This document shows positions 23,782-35,498 of a stretch of DNA of 64,000 nt, piece after piece. The DNA comes from Escherichia coli (GTDB lineage Bacteria; Pseudomonadota; Gammaproteobacteria; Enterobacterales; Enterobacteriaceae). The stretch lies in the NCBI RefSeq assembly GCF_009931435.1, contig NZ_CP043414.1. One strand, given 5' to 3'. Both the position numbers and the translations under genes were made by a program. Position 1 is the first letter of the stretch. Each line of letters starts with the position of its first letter. Under the pieces are notes generated by a model that was given only the letters and a program-made list of their open reading frames with translations, had not been told where the DNA came from and did not search any database.

Positions 23782-26700
23782 TTAGTCAAACGGAGGTGGG
23801 GCCAATACTTCACGATTACCATTGTGCCCCTGTTCGCTGACAATCCCCTGCGCTTCCATCTGTTCGATAATCCGCGCCGCACGGTTATAACCAATGCGGA
23901 ACTGACGCTGTACGCCTGAAATTGACGCTTTGCGTTTTTCAGTGACAAACTGCACTGCCTGATCGAACAACGGATCCAATTCTTCAGCGCCATCGAAACC
24001 ACCCGCACCACCTTCGCTTTCGCTGTCGGAGGTGATGCCGTCAACATACTGTGGGCGACCACGCGCTTTCCAGTCCTGCACCACGGCATGAACTTCCTGA
24101 TCGCGAACAAAAGCACCATGAACACGTACCGGCAACGTGGAGTTCGGCCCAGAGTAAAGCATATCCCCCATACCCAGCAGTGATTCCGCGCCAGCCTGAT
24201 CAAGAATGGTACGTGAGTCAATCTTACTGGATACGGTAAAGGCGATACGGGTCGGAATATTCGCTTTAATCAGACCAGTAATAACATCAACCGATGGACG
24301 CTGAGTTGCCAGTACGAGGTGGATACCTGCAGCACGGGCTTTTTGCGCCAGACGTGCTATCAGCTCTTCCACTTTTTTACCTACCGTCATCATCAGGTCG
24401 GCAAATTCGTCCACCAACACCACAATGTACGGTTCCTTTTTCAGCACCGGATGCTGGGCATCCATACTGTCACCCGGCTTCCAGTACGGGTCTGGAATCG
24501 GACGCATCATGCGATCGGCTTCAGCAATTTTTTCGTTATAACCCGCCAGATTACGCACACCCAGTGCAGACATCAGTTTATAACGACGCTCCATCTCGTT
24601 AACACACCAGCGCAGCGCGTTGGCGGCATCTTTCATATCGGTAACGACTTCCGTTAACAGGTGCGGAATGCCTTCATAAACCGAAAGCTCCAGCATTTTC
24701 GGGTCGATCATGATGAAACGCACATCTTCTGGCTGTGCTTTATAAAGCATGCTCAGGATCATCGCGTTCACACCGACAGATTTACCGGAACCGGTAGTCC
24801 CCGCAACCAACAAGTGCGGCATTTTCGCCAGATCGGCAACCACCGGCTCACCGGCGATATCTTTACCCAGCACCACGGTTAATGGCGACGGATTATCGCG
24901 GAATTTGGCGTTATCCAAAACTTCGCGCAGATAAACGGTTTGTCGTTTTTTATTCGGTAACTCCAGACCTACATAAGGTTTGCCAGGAATAACTTCAACG
25001 ACACGCACCGCCACCGTCGAAAGTGAACGGGCAAGGTCACGTGACAAGTTAGAAATACGCGCCGCTTTTACGCCCGGTGCCAGGTTCAATTCAAAGCGAG
25101 TGATAACCGGCCCCGGAGAATAATTGACGACATCGGCTTTAATACGGAAATCAGCCAGACGCGCTTCCACCAGACGCGCCATTTGTTCAAGCGCAAAGGT
25201 ATCTACCGGCTCCACTTCGCTCGGCGGCGGTGTCAGCAAATCCAGAGAAGGCAGCGGCGTCGTAGGTTTATGCAACGGACGGCTGTCGCCATTACGCATT
25301 AACAGCGGATGAAGCAGGGTATCCTGCGGCTGCGGCGCAACTGGCTGTTGCGGCTGCTGATATTGCTGCTGTGGTGCAACCGGCTGTTGTGGCTGCTGAT
25401 ACTGCGGCTGTGGTGCAACCGGCTGTTGCGGCTGCTGATATTGCGGCTGCTGTGCAACCGGTTGTTGCGGCTGCTGATATTGTTGCTGCGGCGCAACTGG
25501 TTGTTGCGGCTGCTGATATTGTTGCTGCGGTGCTACCGGTTGTTGCGGCTGCTGTACAGGTTCAACAATTGGCGTAAACAGCGGTTCGTGTGGACCATCA
25601 TCCAGCAACGCTTTCATTGGCGAAAATTCAAAATCATCCAGCGAGAACGGATTCGCCCCAGCCGGTTGTTCGCCGGAATAACGTTGTTGTTGAGTTTGAG
25701 CAAACTGACGAGCCAGTTCTGCCTCTGCCGCAGCATCTGCATCTTCTGTGTTCACGGGCACATCATGTTGATACTGTTCGCCATAGCGTTGCTGCTGCGT
25801 TTGGGCGAACTGACGTGCCAGTTCATCCTGCTGCATCGCATCGATTTCATCATCGTTGTACTGATCGCCAGAATCGTACTGATTGCGCTGGGCTTCACGG
25901 GCTTTTTCTTCTGCTGCACGCTGTGAGGGCAGCTTAATGCCATATGACGCCAGTTCACGACGAGTTGGCACGCGGATACGTTTCGGTCGTGGCAACTGCG
26001 GGCCAATCCCCTCTTTGACCTGCGGACGCGGTCCACCGCTATTTGCCAGACTGAAGACTGGTGCGGCAACGGTTGCGGCAGCCCCCGTCGCCAGTGTCGC
26101 TTTTTTCACGCCAGATGCCAGAGGGGAAACAGCGGCAGCGGCTTCCACTGGAGGTACTGCTGCAACAGAAGGTGCTTTAAGCGAAGATTTGATCGGTTCT
26201 GGTTCTTTAACCGGTTCAGGAATCGGTTGATACCAGGCCGCAAGTTGTTCACGTTCACGGGCACGCTTCTCTTCCACTTCTTCAAAATAGTAAAGCGGCG
26301 GACGCGCGGGTTTTGTCTCTTCTACAATGGGTTCAGGCTCCACAACAGGCTGCTGTTCAACGGGTTGCGGCTGTTGGTACAACGGCTCCTGAGCGGCTGG
26401 CTGCTGATAAGTTTGCTCCGTCTGGTATGTAGACTGTGGAGCAAAAGTGGATTGCTGCTCTTCGGCTTGCCAGGCGTTACCTGCCACCGGTTGTTCTGGC
26501 GCAGGGGCGTAATACGGCTGTTGCGCAGACTGTTCCGGCGCAGGAGCGTAGTAAGGTTGTTGCACAGGCTGTTCAGCTGCAGGCGCATAATACGGCTGCT
26601 GTGGCTGTACAGGTTGTTGCAGCGGCTCATTATATTGCACTGCAGGCTGCGCATATTGTGACTGCTGTGGGTAACCTTCCGGTGCAGGTGCAATAACCGG

Positions 26701-27810
26701 TTCTCCCGTTTGCGGCCCCGGTACAGGCTGCCAGGCTACTGTAGGTTGCGTAGGTGGAACATCAACAGAGGCAACTGGCGGCGTCTGAGTCACAGGTTCA
26801 ACCGGTGCAGCCCAGCTTTGTGTCGCCGTGGTAGCAGCAGCTGCTACAGCAACAGGTTCGGTAATTGGCGCACCGTTTAATAATGGATCGTATTCGTCAT
26901 ATTCTGGCTGCGTTGCACGATTGCCCGAAAAGAGGACGTCGTCAGGGTCGGCAGCCACACCGCGTGCAGTGTAGGTAATCTCTTCTTCATCATCCATCCG
27001 CTTACCGGAGAACAACGCAGCATCTGTTTGCCGCCCCATCGGATTAATGAATTTTTCCGCCAGACGTTTACGACGTGCTAGCGCGCCGCGAAGAATACGG
27101 GCACGGCGCGATTCATGCTGTTTGCCGTGATTTTCATCTTCATATTCTTCGTCGTCTTCATACTCATCTTCATCGACCCAGGTATCATCGCGACGGGTAC
27201 GATTACTGGCGAAGGTGAGAATGTTTAAAATCCAGCCGCCGAGTTTTTCAGCAATGGTCACCCATGACCAACCGGTGAACAGCGTCAGGCCCGCTGCCCA
27301 AACGCAGAGCAGCGCAATAGTTCCCCCGCTACTGTGTAGCAGTGGTTGTAGCGTAGTGCTTAGTAAGCTGCCGATGACGCCACCGGAGGCAAAATACCAG
27401 ATATCGTCAGCGTTGATTGCCGCCAGACCACAAGAGGTAAGGATTAGCGCCAAAACGCCAATGATGCGTAGCGAAACGGCAAAATAATCAATGTATTCGT
27501 CACTGGACTGATGACGCCAGGCAAACCAACAACCGCCGACGATAATGACGGGAATGGTGTAAGCCATCACGCCAAAAATAAAGAACAGCGTATCTGCCAG
27601 CCACGCACCGGGCATTCCACCTAAATTATGGATAGGCTCATGCCAGGCCGTTTGCGACCAGCTGGGGTCCGAAGGGTTAAAGCTTAGTAAGGCAGCCATC
27701 AACCAGACGGCAAACAGGACAATAAGGATCAGCAACGCCTCCAGAAGTCGGCGGCCGCTACTTAACTTTGTCAATGTGACTTCTTTGTCTTCAGTGTATT
27801 CCTGGCTCAA
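23782..27810 (-). CDS. ftsK: DNA translocase FtsK (with Pro/Gln-rich repeat linker)
   Basis: 1342-aa ORF: N-terminal membrane domain, long PQ-rich linker, C-terminal motor (Walker A GTTGSGKS) and gamma domain. Longer than the 1329 aa I recall for K-12, consistent with linker-repeat polymorphism. Confidence 0.97.
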   Translation of the reverse strand: MSQEYTEDKEVTLTKLSSGRRLLEALLILIVLFAVWLMAALLSFNPSDPSWSQTAWHEPIHNLGGMPGAWLADTLFFIFGVMAYTIPVIIVGGCWFAWRHQSSDEYIDYFAVSLRIIGVLALILTSCGLAAINADDIWYFASGGVIGSLLSTTLQPLLHSSGGTIALLCVWAAGLTLFTGWSWVTIAEKLGGWILNILTFASNRTRRDDTWVDEDEYEDDEEYEDENHGKQHESRRARILRGALARRKRLAEKFINPMGRQTDAALFSGKRMDDEEEITYTARGVAADPDDVLFSGNRATQPEYDEYDPLLNGAPITEPVAVAAAATTATQSWAAPVEPVTQTPPVASVDVPPTQPTVAWQPVPGPQTGEPVIAPAPEGYPQQSQYAQPAVQYNEPLQQPVQPQQPYYAPAAEQPVQQPYYAPAPEQSAQQPYYAPAPEQPVAGNAWQAEEQQSTFAPQSTYQTEQTYQQPAAQEPLYQQPQPVEQQPVVEPEPIVEETKPARPPLYYFEEVEEKRAREREQLAAWYQPIPEPVKEPEPIKSSLKAPSVAAVPPVEAAAAVSPLASGVKKATLATGAAATVAAPVFSLANSGGPRPQVKEGIGPQLPRPKRIRVPTRRELASYGIKLPSQRAAEEKAREAQRNQYDSGDQYNDDEIDAMQQDELARQFAQTQQQRYGEQYQHDVPVNTEDADAAAEAELARQFAQTQQQRYSGEQPAGANPFSLDDFEFSPMKALLDDGPHEPLFTPIVEPVQQPQQPVAPQQQYQQPQQPVAPQQQYQQPQQPVAQQPQYQQPQQPVAPQPQYQQPQQPVAPQQQYQQPQQPVAPQPQDTLLHPLLMRNGDSRPLHKPTTPLPSLDLLTPPPSEVEPVDTFALEQMARLVEARLADFRIKADVVNYSPGPVITRFELNLAPGVKAARISNLSRDLARSLSTVAVRVVEVIPGKPYVGLELPNKKRQTVYLREVLDNAKFRDNPSPLTVVLGKDIAGEPVVADLAKMPHLLVAGTTGSGKSVGVNAMILSMLYKAQPEDVRFIMIDPKMLELSVYEGIPHLLTEVVTDMKDAANALRWCVNEMERRYKLMSALGVRNLAGYNEKIAEADRMMRPIPDPYWKPGDSMDAQHPVLKKEPYIVVLVDEFADLMMTVGKKVEELIARLAQKARAAGIHLVLATQRPSVDVITGLIKANIPTRIAFTVSSKIDSRTILDQAGAESLLGMGDMLYSGPNSTLPVRVHGAFVRDQEVHAVVQDWKARGRPQYVDGITSDSESEGGAGGFDGAEELDPLFDQAVQFVTEKRKASISGVQRQFRIGYNRAARIIEQMEAQGIVSEQGHNGNREVLAPPPFD
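25321..25560 (-). repeat. In-frame tandem repeats of about 39 bp (about 6 copies) encoding [10 protein letters not shown](Q/P)QY units in the FtsK linker
   Basis: Direct reading of the sequence (ctgttgcggctgctgatattgctgctgtggtgcaaccgg... repeated) and the translated protein. Confidence 0.8.
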
Positions 27811-27888
27811 GAAAGGCTCTCCAGGTTACAGGCTTTTCCTGCCCGATGCTAAAACGGACAACAGTACCAGGTTACCCTAGTACTGTTG

Positions 27889-27904
27889 CTGTATGGATTA
27901 ACAG
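27889..27904. promoter_or_regulatory. LexA (SOS) box CTGT-N8-ACAG upstream of ftsK (dinH promoter)
   Basis: ctgtatggattaacag is a perfect CTGT-N8-ACAG palindrome frame about 80-95 bp upstream of the ftsK start; ftsK is known to have an SOS-inducible promoter. Confidence 0.6.
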
Positions 27905-27944
27905 GAGTGTAATCAAAATACGCCGATTTTGCACCTGTTCCGTG

Positions 27945-28439
27945 TTAGCGCGTCTTAATAACCAGACGATTACTCTGCTTGACTTCTTCCATAACAACGT
28001 ATGTCCGCGTGTCATTGACGCCAGGCAGACGCAGCAGGGTTTCCCCTAGCAACTTACGGTAAGCCGACATATCCGGCACGCGTGTTTTCAACAGGTAGTC
28101 GAAATCACCGGATACTAAATGACACTCCTGAATTTCTTCAAGTTTTTGTACAGCGGTATTGAATTGTTCAAACACATCCGGTGCGCCACGATTCAGAGTA
28201 ATCTCAACGAATACCAGAAGTGATGCATCCAGATAATGGGGGTTCAGCAGCGCTGTATAGCCCTGAATAAACCCTTGTCTTTCCAGCCGACGCACACGCT
28301 CAAGGCACGGCGTTGGGGAAAGTCCCACACGTTTAGAAAGCTCGACGTTAGAAATACGCCCATCCTTTTGCAACTCATTAAGAATGTTACGATCGATACG
28401 GTCGAGATCTTTGCCAGGGCGCTTCTTGCTATCTACCAT
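27945..28439 (-). CDS. lrp: Leucine-responsive regulatory protein
   Basis: ATG at 28437-28439 (MVDSKKRPGKDLDRIDRNILNELQKDGRISNVELSKRVGLSPTPCLERVRRLER...) gives 164 aa; the track ORF carries an 18-codon upstream extension. Confidence 0.97.
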   Translation of the reverse strand: MVDSKKRPGKDLDRIDRNILNELQKDGRISNVELSKRVGLSPTPCLERVRRLERQGFIQGYTALLNPHYLDASLLVFVEITLNRGAPDVFEQFNTAVQKLEEIQECHLVSGDFDYLLKTRVPDMSAYRKLLGETLLRLPGVNDTRTYVVMEEVKQSNRLVIKTR

Positions 28440-28866
28440 TATTATTGTCTCTCTGTATTCCTTCCCTACTCCTGTCTGACCCTGAAACATCACTGTTCAG
28501 AGTCGCTACCCGTCACGATAGACCGAAATCATTAAGATTCACGGCGCGCAATGCCTGGTCTACGGTGAGAAGACCGTTGCCTGGTGGCAGCTATCGACAT
28601 CACGAATGGCGTCTGTCCACGCCATACGTAGATTTCACTAGCACGGTAAACATGGTATTTACATGCATGGTTATGCGCATATAAGAATACTGTTTTTTTT
28701 CTTCCTCGAATGTTTTCGCAAAACACCAGGGGATTGTCAAAGCAAAACATCGATTTTTAGTACAACATGCCAGATATTCATTAACAGGGGCGTTTATTCA
28801 TCATTTAATCGGCTTATAACGCGGGAAATTTAAGTAGCAGAGGTGATAATGCCGGAGGGAGTTTGA

Positions 28867-29949
<1,083 letters not shown>

Positions 29950-29976
29950 TTTTACAAATCAGTAACAAAAGTAAAG

Positions 29977-30016
29977 AAGGCGACACCATGCGACTATGGG
30001 TCGCCTTTATTTTTTC
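29977..30016 (+). terminator. Intrinsic terminator of trxB
   Basis: Hairpin aaggcgac...gtcgcctt followed by TTTATTTTTT. Confidence 0.5.
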
Positions 30017-30071
30017 CTCGTTGTAACATTGCTCTGCAAATAATTCTGATAACTCACCTGCTAAGCGTGCA

Positions 30072-31838
30072 ATGAATAAATCCCGTCAAAAAGAGTTAAC
30101 CCGCTGGTTAAAACAGCAAAGCGTCATCTCCCAACGTTGGCTGAATATTTCTCGTCTGCTGGGCTTTGTGAGCGGCATATTGATCATTGCCCAGGCCTGG
30201 TTCATGGCGCGAATTCTGCAACATATGATTATGGAGAATATTCCCCGTGAAGCCCTGCTGCTTCCCTTTACGTTACTGGTTCTGACCTTTGTACTGCGCG
30301 CATGGGTGGTCTGGTTACGAGAACGGGTGGGTTATCACGCCGGGCAGCATATCCGCTTTGCCATCCGACGTCAGGTTCTCGACCGTCTGCAACAAGCAGG
30401 GCCAGCGTGGATTCAGGGTAAACCGGCGGGGAGCTGGGCGACGCTGGTACTCGAGCAAATTGACGATATGCATGATTACTATGCACGCTACCTGCCGCAA
30501 ATGGCGCTGGCAGTGTCGGTGCCGTTGCTGATTGTGGTGGCGATCTTCCCCTCTAACTGGGCTGCGGCGCTCATTCTGCTGGGCACTGCTCCGTTAATTC
30601 CGTTATTTATGGCGCTGGTTGGAATGGGGGCTGCCGATGCTAACCGACGCAACTTTCTCGCTCTTGCTCGCTTAAGTGGACATTTCCTCGATCGCCTGCG
30701 CGGCATGGAAACATTGCGTATTTTTGGTCGTGGTGAAGCTGAAATTGAAAGTATTCGTTCTGCTTCGGAAGATTTCCGCCAACGGACAATGGAAGTGCTA
30801 CGGCTGGCGTTTTTATCCTCCGGCATTCTCGAATTTTTTACCTCGCTGTCAATTGCTCTGGTCGCGGTCTACTTTGGTTTTTCCTATCTCGGTGAGCTGG
30901 ATTTTGGGCACTACGATACTGGCGTGACGCTGGCTGCGGGGTTTCTGGCCCTGATCCTTGCGCCGGAGTTTTTCCAGCCATTGCGCGATCTGGGTACGTT
31001 TTATCATGCTAAAGCCCAGGCTGTTGGCGCGGCAGACAGTCTGAAAACGTTTATGGAAACCCCGCTCGCCCATCCGCAGCGCGGTGAGGCTGAATTAACG
31101 TCGACCGATCCGGTGACCATTGAGGCCGAGGATCTGTTTATTACATCACCAGAAGGTAAAACGCTGGCCGGACCGCTGAACTTTACTTTGCCAGCAGGCC
31201 AACGTGCAGTGTTGGTTGGTCGCAGCGGTTCAGGTAAAAGCTCACTGCTGAACGCGCTTTCTGGTTTTCTCTCATATCAGGGATCGCTACGAATCAACGG
31301 GATAGAATTACGCGATTTATCACCGGAATCATGGCGTAAACATCTCTCCTGGGTTGGGCAAAACCCACAATTACCAGCAGCAACACTACGAGATAACGTA
31401 CTGCTGGCACGACCTGATGCCAGCGAACAAGAGTTACAAACAGCACTGGATAACGCGTGGGTCAGTGAGTTTCTACCGCTCCTGCCACAAGGAGTTGATA
31501 CGCCTGTTGGCGACCAGGCTGCCCGCCTTTCCGTAGGCCAGGCACAACGTGTGGCGGTGGCGCGTGCATTACTGAATCCCTGTTCGCTATTACTGTTGGA
31601 TGAACCCGCAGCAAGCCTTGATGCTCACAGTGAACAGCGCGTAATGGAGGCGCTGAATGCCGCCTCTCTGCGCCAGACAACGTTAATGGTCACCCACCAG
31701 TTAGAAGATCTTGCTGACTGGGATGTCATTTGGGTAATGCAGGATGGTCAGATTATCGAGCAAGGACGTTACGCGGAATTAAGCGTGGCTAACGGTCCTT
31801 TTGCCACATTGCTGGCCCATCGTCAGGAGGAGATTTAA
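30072..31838 (+). CDS. cydD: Cysteine/glutathione ABC exporter subunit CydD (required for cytochrome bd assembly)
   Basis: 588-aa ORF with an N-terminal TMD and C-terminal ABC ATPase (GRSGSGKSS; LSVGQAQR signature region). Confidence 0.97.
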   Translation: MNKSRQKELTRWLKQQSVISQRWLNISRLLGFVSGILIIAQAWFMARILQHMIMENIPREALLLPFTLLVLTFVLRAWVVWLRERVGYHAGQHIRFAIRRQVLDRLQQAGPAWIQGKPAGSWATLVLEQIDDMHDYYARYLPQMALAVSVPLLIVVAIFPSNWAAALILLGTAPLIPLFMALVGMGAADANRRNFLALARLSGHFLDRLRGMETLRIFGRGEAEIESIRSASEDFRQRTMEVLRLAFLSSGILEFFTSLSIALVAVYFGFSYLGELDFGHYDTGVTLAAGFLALILAPEFFQPLRDLGTFYHAKAQAVGAADSLKTFMETPLAHPQRGEAELTSTDPVTIEAEDLFITSPEGKTLAGPLNFTLPAGQRAVLVGRSGSGKSSLLNALSGFLSYQGSLRINGIELRDLSPESWRKHLSWVGQNPQLPAATLRDNVLLARPDASEQELQTALDNAWVSEFLPLLPQGVDTPVGDQAARLSVGQAQRVAVARALLNPCSLLLLDEPAASLDAHSEQRVMEALNAASLRQTTLMVTHQLEDLADWDVIWVMQDGQIIEQGRYAELSVANGPFATLLAHRQEEI

Positions 31839-33560
31839 ATGCGCGCTTTGCTACCCTATCTGGCTCTGTATAAACGTCATAAATGGATGTTAAGCCTTGG
31901 CATTGTGCTAGCAATTGTCACACTGCTCGCCAGTATCGGTCTGTTGACACTTTCCGGCTGGTTCCTCTCCGCCTCAGCGGTGGCGGGCGTTGCAGGACTG
32001 TATAGCTTCAACTATATGCTACCCGCTGCAGGCGTGCGTGGCGCAGCAATCACCCGTACCGCCGGGCGTTATTTTGAACGTCTGGTGAGCCATGACGCGA
32101 CTTTCCGCGTGTTGCAGCATCTGCGCATTTACACCTTCAGCAAATTGCTCCCCCTCTCCCCTGCCGGACTGGCGCGCTATCGTCAGGGCGAATTGCTCAA
32201 CCGCGTGGTGGCGGATGTTGATACGCTCGATCATCTTTACCTGCGCGTTATCTCGCCGCTGGTGGGCGCTTTTGTGGTGATTATGGTGGTGACAATCGGG
32301 TTAAGTTTCCTTGATTTCACCCTCGCCTTTACGCTGGGCGGCATTATGTTACTGACGCTTTTGCTGATGCCACCGCTGTTTTATCGTGCGGGAAAAAGCA
32401 CCGGGCAAAATCTGACTCATCTTCGCGGGCAGTATCGCCAACAACTGACAGCCTGGCTGCAAGGGCAAGCTGAGCTGACCATTTTTGGTGCCAGCGATCG
32501 TTATCGCACGCAATTAGAGAATACTGAAATTCAGTGGCTGGAAGCGCAACGCCGTCAATCTGAACTGACAGCTTTGTCGCAAGCAATAATGCTGTTAATT
32601 GGCGCGTTAGCGGTGATCCTGATGCTGTGGATGGCGTCTGGCGGCGTTGGTGGCAATACTCAACCAGGCGCGTTAATTGCCCTGTTTGTCTTCTGTGCGT
32701 TAGCCGCGTTTGAAGCACTGGCACCAGTAACGGGTGCATTTCAGCATCTGGGGCAAGTCATTGCCTCTGCCGTACGGATCACCGATTTAACGGATCAAAA
32801 ACCTGAAGTCACCTTCCCTGATACCCAAACCCGTGTTGCCGATTGCGTTTCGCTGACGTTACGGGATGTTCAGTTCACTTATCCGGAGCAATCCCAACAA
32901 GCACTGAAAGGGATTTCTCTTCAAGTAAACGCCGGAGAACATATTGCGATTCTCGGGCGAACCGGATGCGGTAAATCAACATTGTTACAACTGCTGACCC
33001 GCGCATGGGACCCGCAACAGGGCGAGATTTTACTTAACGATAGCCCCATAGCCAGCCTGAACGAAGCAACTCTACGACAGACCATCAGCGTTGTGCCACA
33101 GCGAGTGCATCTGTTTAGCGCCACACTGCGTGATAATCTGTTACTCGCCTCGCCTGGCAGTAGTGATGAAGTTTTGGCGGAGATCTTGCGTCGAGTTGGT
33201 CTGGAGAAGCTGCTCGAGGATGCAGGTCTCAACAGTTGGTTAGGTGAAGGCGGACGCCAGCTCTCCGGTGGTGAACTGCGCCGTCTGGCTATCGCCCGTG
33301 CGCTGTTACATGATGCGCCACTGGTATTGCTGGATGAACCTACCGAAGGCTTAGATGCCACAACTGAAAGTCAGATCCTTGAATTACTTGCAGAAATGAT
33401 GCGTGAGAAAACGGTGTTAATGGTCACCCATCGACTTCGCGGGCTCTCTCGTTTCCAGCAAATAATAGTGATGGACAACGGGCAAATTATTGAGCAAGGT
33501 ACTCACGCAGAACTGCTTGCCCGACAGGGGCGTTATTACCAGTTTAAGCAGGGTTTGTAA
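31839..33560 (+). CDS. cydC: Cysteine/glutathione ABC exporter subunit CydC
   Basis: 573-aa ORF; its start overlaps the cydD stop (TAAATG), which suggests translational coupling. ABC motifs present (GRTGCGKST; LSGGELRR). Confidence 0.97.
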   Translation: MRALLPYLALYKRHKWMLSLGIVLAIVTLLASIGLLTLSGWFLSASAVAGVAGLYSFNYMLPAAGVRGAAITRTAGRYFERLVSHDATFRVLQHLRIYTFSKLLPLSPAGLARYRQGELLNRVVADVDTLDHLYLRVISPLVGAFVVIMVVTIGLSFLDFTLAFTLGGIMLLTLLLMPPLFYRAGKSTGQNLTHLRGQYRQQLTAWLQGQAELTIFGASDRYRTQLENTEIQWLEAQRRQSELTALSQAIMLLIGALAVILMLWMASGGVGGNTQPGALIALFVFCALAAFEALAPVTGAFQHLGQVIASAVRITDLTDQKPEVTFPDTQTRVADCVSLTLRDVQFTYPEQSQQALKGISLQVNAGEHIAILGRTGCGKSTLLQLLTRAWDPQQGEILLNDSPIASLNEATLRQTISVVPQRVHLFSATLRDNLLLASPGSSDEVLAEILRRVGLEKLLEDAGLNSWLGEGGRQLSGGELRRLAIARALLHDAPLVLLDEPTEGLDATTESQILELLAEMMREKTVLMVTHRLRGLSRFQQIIVMDNGQIIEQGTHAELLARQGRYYQFKQGL

Positions 33561-33601
33561 GCTATTATTGAACGATCCGACTTGCGTGGAGTTTTGCGGT
33601 C

Positions 33602-34306
33602 ATGCGCCTGGTTCAGCTTTCTCGCCATTCAATAGCCTTCCCCTCCCCGGAAGGCGCATTACGTGAGCCTAACGGCCTGCTGGCACTGGGGGGCGATCTT
33701 AGCCCTGCGCGCCTGTTAATGGCTTATCAGCGTGGTATTTTTCCGTGGTTTTCTCCAGGCGACCCCATCCTCTGGTGGTCGCCCGATCCTCGCGCGGTAC
33801 TATGGCCTGAATCATTGCATATCAGCCGTAGTATGAAACGATTTCATAAACGCTCGCCCTATCGTGTCACGATGAATTACGCCTTTGGTCAGGTCATTGA
33901 AGGCTGTGCCAGCGATCGCGAAGAAGGAACCTGGATCACGCGTGGCGTGGTCGAAGCCTACCATCGCCTTCACGAACTCGGTCATGCCCACTCCATCGAA
34001 GTCTGGTGTGAAGATGAGCTTGTCGGCGGTATGTACGGCGTGGCCCAGGGAACGCTATTTTGTGGCGAGTCTATGTTCAGCCGGATGGAAAACGCGTCCA
34101 AAACAGCGCTACTGGTCTTCTGTGATGAATTTATCCGTCACGGTGGCAAACTTATCGACTGCCAGGTCCTTAACGATCACACAGCTTCGCTTGGTGCCTG
34201 CGAAATTCCCCGCCGGGATTATCTAAATTATCTCAATCAAATGCGCCTCGGACGATTGCCGAATAATTTCTGGGTACCACGGTGCTTGTTTTCACCACAA
34301 GAATGA
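33602..34306 (+). CDS. aat: Leucyl/phenylalanyl-tRNA--protein transferase
   Basis: 234-aa [53 protein letters not shown]... recognised as Aat. Confidence 0.95.
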   Translation: MRLVQLSRHSIAFPSPEGALREPNGLLALGGDLSPARLLMAYQRGIFPWFSPGDPILWWSPDPRAVLWPESLHISRSMKRFHKRSPYRVTMNYAFGQVIEGCASDREEGTWITRGVVEAYHRLHELGHAHSIEVWCEDELVGGMYGVAQGTLFCGESMFSRMENASKTALLVFCDEFIRHGGKLIDCQVLNDHTASLGACEIPRRDYLNYLNQMRLGRLPNNFWVPRCLFSPQE

Positions 34307-34587
34307 ATGTTTTCGGCACATTTCTCCCCAGAGTGTTATAATTGCGGTCGCAGAGTTGGTTACGCTCATTACCCCGCTGCCGATAAGGAATTTTTCGCGT
34401 CAGGTAACGCCCATCGTTTATCTCACCGCTCCCTTATACGTTGCGCTTTTGGTGCGGCTTAGCCGTGTGTTTTCGGAGTAATGTGCCGAACCTGTTTGTT
34501 GCGATTTAGCGCGCAAATCTTTACTTATTTACAGAACTTCGGCATTATCTTGCCGGTTCAAATTACGGTAGTGATACCCCAGAGGAT

Positions 34588-34809
<222 letters not shown>

Positions 34810-34850
34810 TTGTTTTACCGCCTGATGGGCGAAGAGAAAGAACGAGTAAA

Positions 34851-34878
34851 AGGTCGGTTTAACCGGCCTTTTTATTTT
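34851..34878 (+). terminator. Intrinsic terminator of infA
   Basis: Hairpin aggtcggtt-taa-aaccggcct followed by TTTTTATTTT. Confidence 0.5.
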
Positions 34879-35067
34879 GTGATATGTATGAAGTACTTTG
34901 GAAGTATAAGTCCATAACATAACTTGTCTCGATGTAGATATACTGCACAACTTGTTTACAGTATGAGCAAACAATAATTATCATTAAAATTCTTCTTGAC
35001 CGTTTTACTCCAACTCCCTATAGTAGCGCCCCGTTGCCCCCCATGAGGTCAGGCAGCAAAACAATTT

Positions 35068-35155
35068 GGTGAGGTGTCCGAGTGGCTGAAGGAGCACGCC
35101 TGGAAAGTGTGTATACGGCAACGTATCGGGGGTTCGAATCCCCCCCTCACCGCCA
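35068..35155 (+). tRNA. serW: tRNA-Ser (GGA anticodon; serW/serX type, long variable arm)
   Basis: ggtgaggtgtccgagtggctgaaggagcacgcctGGAaagtgtgtatacggcaacgtatcgggggttcgaatccccccctcaccgcca: class II tRNA with acceptor-stem complementarity, GGA in the anticodon loop, T-loop GGTTCGAATCC and 3' CCA encoded. Confidence 0.95.
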
Positions 35156-35168
35156 TATTTGAAGAAGA

Positions 35169-35199
35169 GCTCGTACGAAAGTACGGGCTTTTTTTTCGC
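35169..35199 (+). terminator. Intrinsic terminator downstream of the tRNA-Ser gene
   Basis: Hairpin ctcgtac-gaaa-gtacggg (GAAA tetraloop) followed by T8. Confidence 0.6.
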
Positions 35200-35206
35200 A
35201 TTTTAT

Positions 35207-35286
35207 CTGCCTGTACGGCAGTGAACGGTATAAAAATCGAGTTTTTCTTTCGGTTGGCTTTCTAAGCTGCCTGTACGGCAGTGAAC
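35207..35286. repeat. Two copies of a 20-bp direct repeat (ctgcctgtacggcagtgaac) spaced 60 bp apart, each with an internal palindrome
   Basis: Exact duplicate at 35207-35226 and 35267-35286, read directly from the sequence. Confidence 0.55.
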
Positions 35287-35498
35287 TCAAATACTACACG
35301 TTTAGCTCGTTGTTAATAAAGAAAAATCATCTCATTTTCCTGCTGCCACCCTTTTTTATTCTTACCTTCCAGCACCATTAATTATCAACAACTTACCTTC
35401 ACCTCCAAAAATAGGGTTTTCACCATTCCACCCTACAAATAAAAAGTCCGTAACCCCTGACGAGATTACGGACTTCACAAACCTACCTAACAATCAGA

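Noticed and set aside
25309-25926. Plus-strand ORFs inside ftsK (205 aa, Leu/Arg-rich; 68 aa, Ala/Val-rich)
   Set aside because: They are antisense to the repetitive PQ-rich linker of ftsK; low-complexity translation of repeat DNA, not genes.
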